Source: Armatimonadota bacterium
Lineage (GTDB): Bacteria; Armatimonadota; HRBIN16
Direction of reading: 5' to 3'
DNA: 64,000 nt
NCBI GenBank assembly: GCA_963677485.1
Contig: OY781964.1
Coordinates: forward strand, 3,680,001-3,744,000
Shown here piece by piece: positions 57,739 through 64,000 of this stretch (the stretch's first letter is position 1; each line of letters begins with the position of its first letter). Under the pieces are notes generated by a model that was not told where the DNA came from, searched no databases, and saw only the letters and a list, made by a program, of their open reading frames with translations. Made by a program: the position numbers and the translations under genes.

Positions 57739-60590
57739 GAGGCGGCATGACTGTGCTTCGTTTGGTGAATAGAGCCCTTCTATCGGTGATGATCATGTGT
57801 GCCGCGGCATTCCCTGCTGTGGCACAGGCCGTGCTGAACGGCAGCTTCGAGAACGGCACGCCTGGGTATGGTGTGGCGGCTGGATGGAGCAGTTCCTATC
57901 ACTTCCATGCGGGTATCGCCACGCCGGATGGCAAGTCCTGGTTCGATAACGGAGCCACCCCTGATGGCAAGCAGGTCGCATTTATTCAGAGCAACAGTCA
58001 GGCGTCACTCAGCCAGCAGATCACCGGTCTGAAGGCCGGCAGGGTGTACTGGCTGCAGTATAGCGAAAACTCTCGGCAGTCCAGTGCTGTACCGCTGCTC
58101 TTGGTGAGTGTCGGTGAGGTGGTGGTCGACCCCGCCCATGCGGTGCCGTCGATGGGGAAAGCCGGGGTCTTCACCAAGCCATTTGTGAAGCGAGTAGTCA
58201 GTTTTTCGGTACCCTCAGATGGTGACTATGCGCTCACTTTTCAGTCAACCAGCATGTCAGGCGATTCGACGCTGCTGCTGGACAACATCAGCATCGGCGA
58301 AAAACCGGGTGCTGCACCGTCAACGAACCGTCCACCTGCAATGGTACCCGCAACCACGGTGAGGGCTAAGCCAATGAAAGCCTCGAAACCCAGCACTAAG
58401 CAGACTTCGCTTCAGACCCAATTCCACCGGGGACGGCAGTGCCTGGTGTTCTCAAACGGGCTGACCGCGCTATACCTCGACGCCCATGAGTTTACACTGG
58501 TGGACATCATCGATCTGCAGCAGGGCATCAGTTACGTGGTGAAGCCGGGCGGAACCCTGTTCTCCGCGAACTTTAAGTCGGCAGGGCGAACCCTGGTTGC
58601 GAATGGGTCAGGTGCGAAAAAGTATCGCACTGAGTTGGTGAAGAACAAAGCATCCACTGTGCTGCGCTTGAAGTTCACCGGGTGTCCAATTGGCCCAGGC
58701 GGTCTGAGCACTGATGCGGTGATCTCCATTACCCTCCGCACGAATGACCCTCTGCTGAGGTTTGGTCTGGAGTTGAAGAACTTCAAGAAGGCCATGGTCA
58801 GGGAGACTGCGTTCCCCACACTGAGCGGTCTTGGAAGCTCGGTTCCCGGTTCGGATGCCACCGACTACATGGTCGCGCCCGGGTATCCCACCTTCCATCA
58901 TCCCAGGTCAACGTATGATTCTGCTGTGCCGAAGCTAGGGATCGATGCCAGCTCTACGGAGTATCCCGGCGGTATGAGCATGCAGATGCTAAGCTACAGT
59001 GACGGGTTGGGACACGGTGGGCTGTATCTGGCGGCTGAGGATGCCTCCTATTCACGCAAATACTTCGAGAGTAGCGCGACGCCAAAACGGGGATCGTTCA
59101 TGATGAAGGTAGTTCACTACCCCGATGGTAAGCCCTCTCAGACGAAGCGTGTGCTGCCCTACCAGGTCGCCTTTGGGCCTATTCAAGGTGACTGGTATGA
59201 TGCGGGCAAGATATACCGCAAGCAGCTTCTGGCCCAGGGCAAGATCAAGCCGATAGCCCAGCGACACGACATCCCCGACTGGTTCTTGAACACGCACGTT
59301 TGGTACCAGGGGCAGGACTCACTGAATGGGTCGGATCATATGGCGACCCTATCAAAGAGACTTACCGATATCCGCACGGCTCTGGGGATGCCCTACGGCT
59401 TCCATCTCTATCTGTGGTGGAAGGGCAGCACCATGGCGACAGGCTTTCCTGACTACTTCCCGGCCATACCGGGATTCGGCGAAGCCGTCACAGGGTTACG
59501 GGCGAAGGGCGTAGAGTTGATGCCCTACATCGATATGGAGATGTTCGACACCACCATACCGATGTGGAAAGCCGAAAACGCCCAGAAATGGGCCTCACGC
59601 AGTGCCGATGGCAAGCTGAACCCGGTCTATACCGAGATGCGGCCAAATGTGAATATGTGCGAATCGACCGCGTACTGGCAGGACAAGATGGTCTCCTGCA
59701 TGAAGCAGCTTGTCCAGACCTATGGTGTGCGCTCGATCTACCTCGATGAGCTGTACTATCACCCGCCGTTCTGTTTCTCTAAGAACCATCTGCACGAGGA
59801 CATCGGCGGGAGCTACTTGGCTGACGGCTTCCGTAAGATTATCAAACGCGCCAAAGCCGAATGCGGAATCAAGCAGCTTGTGCTGACAGGCGAACACTCC
59901 GGTGAGACTTACGCCGATCTAGTGGCAGGCGGCCTCACCTGGGCCAGCGTGTTTACGGATGTGAAGCCGATCCATGAAGCGATACTGAAGGACTGCTCGA
60001 TCCCATTTGGGCAGATGATGATGAGCACTGACTTGGCGAATATGGACACCTTTGCCGCGAAAATCGGGTGGCAACTGGTGGGTGGACGTCAGTTAGGGTG
60101 GATCAATCTCGACCAAGGCGACCTGCTGGGAGAGCAATTTCAACGGCAGATGGCATTCTTGAAGTCGGCTGCCCAGTGCCGGGCGGCTGCCAAGGACTTC
60201 GTGTTGTTCGGGGAATACCTGCGTCCACCTGATACCTCCTCCAGCGGCATGCACACCGTGGGCTGGAGCCTGGCGCCTATCAACGTGGTCAACCCTGAGA
60301 CAAACCAAGTGGTTGGCTTGCAGACACTTCCCAAAATCATGGGGTCGGCTTACCGGGCAGTGAACGGCGATATCGGCATCGTGCTGGTGAATGTGACCAC
60401 CACGGCGATATCCGCCTCGGTGCCCGTGAATGAGAAGGACTGGGGGCTGCGGGTGGGCAAGCTGTATGAGAGCTCACGATGGGCCAACGGATCGTGGAGT
60501 CTCGCGGGTCAGAAACGGCTGGAGGCCACATTACATGAGAAAATTCCCGCCTATTCGGTGTTGGTGATCCGGCTTCACCGCACGAAGTAG
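57735..60590 (+). CDS. Secreted DUF6259-like glycoside hydrolase with an N-terminal CBM-like domain
   Basis: Signal peptide; NGSFE, GDWYDAGKIYR, FPDYFP, IYLDE, TGE. Confidence 0.75.
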   Translation: MRGGMTVLRLVNRALLSVMIMCAAAFPAVAQAVLNGSFENGTPGYGVAAGWSSSYHFHAGIATPDGKSWFDNGATPDGKQVAFIQSNSQASLSQQITGLKAGRVYWLQYSENSRQSSAVPLLLVSVGEVVVDPAHAVPSMGKAGVFTKPFVKRVVSFSVPSDGDYALTFQSTSMSGDSTLLLDNISIGEKPGAAPSTNRPPAMVPATTVRAKPMKASKPSTKQTSLQTQFHRGRQCLVFSNGLTALYLDAHEFTLVDIIDLQQGISYVVKPGGTLFSANFKSAGRTLVANGSGAKKYRTELVKNKASTVLRLKFTGCPIGPGGLSTDAVISITLRTNDPLLRFGLELKNFKKAMVRETAFPTLSGLGSSVPGSDATDYMVAPGYPTFHHPRSTYDSAVPKLGIDASSTEYPGGMSMQMLSYSDGLGHGGLYLAAEDASYSRKYFESSATPKRGSFMMKVVHYPDGKPSQTKRVLPYQVAFGPIQGDWYDAGKIYRKQLLAQGKIKPIAQRHDIPDWFLNTHVWYQGQDSLNGSDHMATLSKRLTDIRTALGMPYGFHLYLWWKGSTMATGFPDYFPAIPGFGEAVTGLRAKGVELMPYIDMEMFDTTIPMWKAENAQKWASRSADGKLNPVYTEMRPNVNMCESTAYWQDKMVSCMKQLVQTYGVRSIYLDELYYHPPFCFSKNHLHEDIGGSYLADGFRKIIKRAKAECGIKQLVLTGEHSGETYADLVAGGLTWASVFTDVKPIHEAILKDCSIPFGQMMMSTDLANMDTFAAKIGWQLVGGRQLGWINLDQGDLLGEQFQRQMAFLKSAAQCRAAAKDFVLFGEYLRPPDTSSSGMHTVGWSLAPINVVNPETNQVVGLQTLPKIMGSAYRAVNGDIGIVLVNVTTTAISASVPVNEKDWGLRVGKLYESSRWANGSWSLAGQKRLEATLHEKIPAYSVLVIRLHRTK

Positions 60591-60708
60591 CGACGAGGTA
60601 GGCCCCTAACCGCGAGGTGCGATACAATGACCGATAGTAATACACGATGTTCGGCATGTGCTGACCGATCAGTGCCATGCATGTTATGAGTAAACAAGGT
60701 GAACTGAC

Positions 60709-63444
60709 ATGAAAATCTGGCCTTCGATTCTGCTGGCAGCCATAGTGGTTGCGATGCCCCTCTCGGTGTGCCGCGCGGATTCGCCACGAGTGGTGAAGTC
60801 GTTTGTGTTCAACCAGACGAAATCAGCTGAGTGGATACCTGGCGGGGTGGTGAAATGCTCGGTGACTGGTGACATGTTGAAAGTCAGCACGGTTGCTGAA
60901 GACAACGTGGTGATGGGGCCGTTGATTGATATCAAAGCCGATGCCCGCCAATATATCGAGATCACGATGCAGAGCAGTGTGGATGCCACACACCAGATTT
61001 TCTACACCAACACCACGGAAGAGCCGTATGGCGGGATGCGTGGCGACTGGCGTGCGCAGTTCCAGATCAAAAAGGGTGGGATGAGGGTCTACACGCTGTT
61101 CCCTCATTGGAGTAGCCTTGGGAAGATCATCAGGCTGCGGTTGAGCCCACCGGCAGGGACTTTCAGCTATAAAAGCATCCGCATTATGCAGGCCCCTGAC
61201 GGGCAGGCTACCAACGGTGTGTGGAAGGCATCCAAACCGTCAACCTGGAGTGTGCTTGGTACTTACAAATCAAACCCCAATGGGATACTGGCCACTGGCG
61301 AGCTGAAAATGATGTCGCCAATGCTCACGACCCCTACGGCGAAGCTGCCCTGGATGTCGCTGATGGTGAAGTCCACCGGTGCTCAGCAGGCGATCGCCCA
61401 GTGGACGACCAGTGAATGGAAAGAGCCCCGCACTTGTGTGTTCCCGTTAAAATCGGACGGGTTATGGCACTCATACAACGTCTCAGTTGAGCCACTCGCC
61501 GACTGGACGGGCGTGTTGAACATGCTGACGCTGAACATCACCTCGCCGGACGGCAAACCCACCGAAGTGCGGCTTTTCGGTGCGAGTGCGGTGCCTCTGG
61601 GAGATGCAGAGTTGAGCGCTCCCCAGTTCATCGTGCAGCAGAACTTCGTGAGGATTGGGCAGACGGCAGATATCGCCGCCAATGTGATTAACTTGGGGGG
61701 CACTCCCAGCAAGGCTCAGAAACTGAGCATCCGCATGAGCGCTCACCTTCCCAAGGAGCTGGTGCCTGGTACCGTCAAGCTGAAGGACGCCGCGGTGATG
61801 AATCTGCCCAGCATCAAACCTGGTCAGACCATCAAGGTGAACTGGGCATTGACCCCTCTAAAGGCGGGTTCAGTCAAATTCGAGTTGATGACGGCGGGCC
61901 ATAGCGCACCGATTGCCACCAGCCTGTTGCAGATCAACCCCGCAAGACCCACCCTTCCGCAAGGCCAAATTCCGCCAGTGGTGGCCCCAAAAAGTGATTA
62001 TGATGTGGGCGTATACTACTTCCCTGGCTGGTTTAACTACAGCCGATGGAGCGTGCTAAACGATTACCCTGAGCGGAGCCCAGTGCTGGGTTATTACCGT
62101 GAAGGGGAACCTGAAGTGGCTGACTGGCACATCAAATGGATGGCGGAGCACGGCATCAACTTCATCATATACGACTGGTACTGGAACAACGGAAGCCGGT
62201 CTCTTGAGCACGCTCTGCATAATGGCTTATTCAACGCCGATCTCCGTAACCAGATGAAGTTCTGTCTGCTGTGGGCCAACCATAATCCTGAGGGGACCAG
62301 CAGCGAGGACGATCTGATCAAAGTGACTCAGTATTGGCTTGATAACTACTTCCTGCGTCCAGAGTATTACAAGATTGACGGAAAGCCGGTGATGGTGATT
62401 TTTGCACCACGACGCTTCACGGACGACATAGGAGTCGAGGCAGTCAAGAGATCATTTGAGAAGATGCGCCGTATGTGTCAGGAGAAGGGGCTTCCTGGTC
62501 TTTACCTAGTGGCCTGCTCCGGACCGAGCCCGAATGACATCAAGTTGATCGATGATGCCGGCTACGATGCCATCAGCGGCTACAACTACCCGTCGGCAGG
62601 GACGAATGGCGAACTGCGCGCACCTTATGATGTGAACATCAAGGGATACGAGGGAATCTGGAAGTCGATCGCAAAGAGCAGCACGCTGCGCTACATCCCT
62701 GTGACCGACCCGGGCTGGGACAGCCGCCCCTGGCACGGCGCGAACGCGATGGTGCGCACCGACAAGGCACCCTATAAGTTCGAAAAGATGCTGGATCTGG
62801 CCAAGCAGTTTGTGGACACCGAACATGCCAAAGAGCAGCGCAAGGTGGTGTTTGTGGAGGCCTGGAATGAGCTGGGTGAAGGCGACGCGATTGAGCCCAC
62901 ACGGGATTGGGGCTTCGGCTACCTAGATGCCATCCGCCGCGTGTTTACGCCCAATGCGGGGCCGCATATCGACGTGGTGCCGGAGGATGTGGGCATGGGC
63001 CCATATAACATTAAGAAACCTGTGTCAGCTACGAGCTGGGATTTCAACGATCCGAAGAATCCCGGTTGGGAAGTGCTTTTCAGTGTGTCTGACTTCAAAG
63101 TGCAAAAAGGCATGATATCGGGCCTGTCAGAGAATTACGATCCGAGCTTCGCCAGTCAGGTGATTGATGTTGAAGCCAGCAAAGTCAAGGCGATCGTCAT
63201 TAAGATGCACGTCAGTGCAGGTAAAGAAGCGCAACTTTACTGGACTGCACCCGGAGGAAGTGTTTCCGAGGCAGCCAGCGTGCGATTCAACTTGAAGCCG
63301 GGCAGCGAAACACAGACATATCGGCTTGATATGAAGGCCAATCCCCGTTGGAAAGGCAATATCGCCGGGTTCCGTTTTGACCCGACGGATGCCAGCCAGG
63401 CCAAGATCGACATCTACTCAATCAACCTGGAGCTTGCGAAGTGA
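60709..63444 (+). CDS. Secreted GH99-like/WbsX-family glycosidase with CARDB-like and repeated CBM-like modules
   Basis: YYFPGW, PVLGYY, YDWYW, FCLLWANH, IDGKP, GWDSRPW, AWNELGEG. Confidence 0.85.
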   Translation: MKIWPSILLAAIVVAMPLSVCRADSPRVVKSFVFNQTKSAEWIPGGVVKCSVTGDMLKVSTVAEDNVVMGPLIDIKADARQYIEITMQSSVDATHQIFYTNTTEEPYGGMRGDWRAQFQIKKGGMRVYTLFPHWSSLGKIIRLRLSPPAGTFSYKSIRIMQAPDGQATNGVWKASKPSTWSVLGTYKSNPNGILATGELKMMSPMLTTPTAKLPWMSLMVKSTGAQQAIAQWTTSEWKEPRTCVFPLKSDGLWHSYNVSVEPLADWTGVLNMLTLNITSPDGKPTEVRLFGASAVPLGDAELSAPQFIVQQNFVRIGQTADIAANVINLGGTPSKAQKLSIRMSAHLPKELVPGTVKLKDAAVMNLPSIKPGQTIKVNWALTPLKAGSVKFELMTAGHSAPIATSLLQINPARPTLPQGQIPPVVAPKSDYDVGVYYFPGWFNYSRWSVLNDYPERSPVLGYYREGEPEVADWHIKWMAEHGINFIIYDWYWNNGSRSLEHALHNGLFNADLRNQMKFCLLWANHNPEGTSSEDDLIKVTQYWLDNYFLRPEYYKIDGKPVMVIFAPRRFTDDIGVEAVKRSFEKMRRMCQEKGLPGLYLVACSGPSPNDIKLIDDAGYDAISGYNYPSAGTNGELRAPYDVNIKGYEGIWKSIAKSSTLRYIPVTDPGWDSRPWHGANAMVRTDKAPYKFEKMLDLAKQFVDTEHAKEQRKVVFVEAWNELGEGDAIEPTRDWGFGYLDAIRRVFTPNAGPHIDVVPEDVGMGPYNIKKPVSATSWDFNDPKNPGWEVLFSVSDFKVQKGMISGLSENYDPSFASQVIDVEASKVKAIVIKMHVSAGKEAQLYWTAPGGSVSEAASVRFNLKPGSETQTYRLDMKANPRWKGNIAGFRFDPTDASQAKIDIYSINLELAK

Positions 63445-64000
63445 TGAGTTTAACAATAAACGAAAGACCATCTGGCGCGGGATTAGATATCGCTGGCGTG
63501 CAGCTGACGATGGTACGGTATCCGGCAGGAGCGACGGAGACCGAACGGTTTGCCGCCTCCGAGCTGGCCCGCTATCTGCAGAAGGCCTGCGGGGTCGAGT
63601 TCCGTCTATCGGAGGGCTTACCCGGCGCCGGGGTGCTGTTCGTGAGTGCTTCGATCCCGCCCGGGGTCAGCACCAGGTTCCGCAGAGATGGTTATGACAA
63701 GGCTTTTGTCACCGCAAAGGGTGGCTGCGTCTACCTGGTCGGCGAAAACAAACGGTCTGCGCTGTATGCCGTCTACGACTTCCTGCAGCAATACATCAAG
63801 ATCGAGTTTTTCGGGCCGGACGAATCACATGAGCACATCCCGCCGGTGAGTCACATCACGCTGCCGGATTCACTGAACGCCAAATACGGCTCTGATATGG
63901 AGCTGCGGGATTACTTTACCAGCGTGCCTGAATCGATCGACTTCATGGCGAAGAACCGCGTCAACATCATCACCGTCGGGCAGGACATCGGTGCCGGGCT
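63444..64000 (+). CDS. Partial glycosidase-associated protein (GH20b/GH67-N-like N-terminus, DUF4838-like); runs off the window
   Basis: ATG overlaps the upstream TGA. MSLTINER...FAASELARYLQK...DGY...LYAVYDFL; open to the window end. Confidence 0.75.
   Translation, partial: MSLTINERPSGAGLDIAGVQLTMVRYPAGATETERFAASELARYLQKACGVEFRLSEGLPGAGVLFVSASIPPGVSTRFRRDGYDKAFVTAKGGCVYLVGENKRSALYAVYDFLQQYIKIEFFGPDESHEHIPPVSHITLPDSLNAKYGSDMELRDYFTSVPESIDFMAKNRVNIITVGQDIGAG

Overview
64 kb of bacterial chromosome, moderately GC-rich and densely coding. The gene content (DUF6785-like membrane proteins, DUF6259/NPCBM glycosidases, many large secreted CAZymes) suggests an Armatimonadota-like polysaccharide degrader; this assignment is inference. 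Layout: (1) 0-5 kb, a phosphate/sugar-phosphate operon (metallophosphoesterase, two tandem phosphohexomutases, ppx). (2) 5-20 kb, an ORFan islet, argJ, GH36, GH38, a hemB/radical SAM/SRAP operon, comM, a triple-repeat putative DNA-binding protein and tRNA-Asn(GTT). (3) 20-43 kb, accessory genes: YVTN-phosphoesterase, YdeI-like, NTase, SdpI/SdpR, an apparently decaying AraC/AKR/flavodoxin/CMD cluster, a giant GH2, an AAA+ DUF4143 protein, GNAT, EEP, GH36 and a HEPN-MNT pair. (4) 43-64 kb, a large glycan-utilisation locus. Its core is the most interesting feature: a GntR gene with a perfect 32-bp palindromic operator candidate, a NagA-like amidase lacking the usual phosphate-binding motifs, a ceramidase-like amidase, a DegT aminotransferase and a Zn dehydrogenase. 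Together these look like an undescribed catabolic route for an N-acylated amino sugar or aminocyclitol. Intergenic spaces carry at least five distinct REP/MITE-like repeat families; two of them supply stop codons to upstream genes. I saw no CRISPR array, integrase, transposase or rRNA. All family assignments are by motif recognition, not database search.
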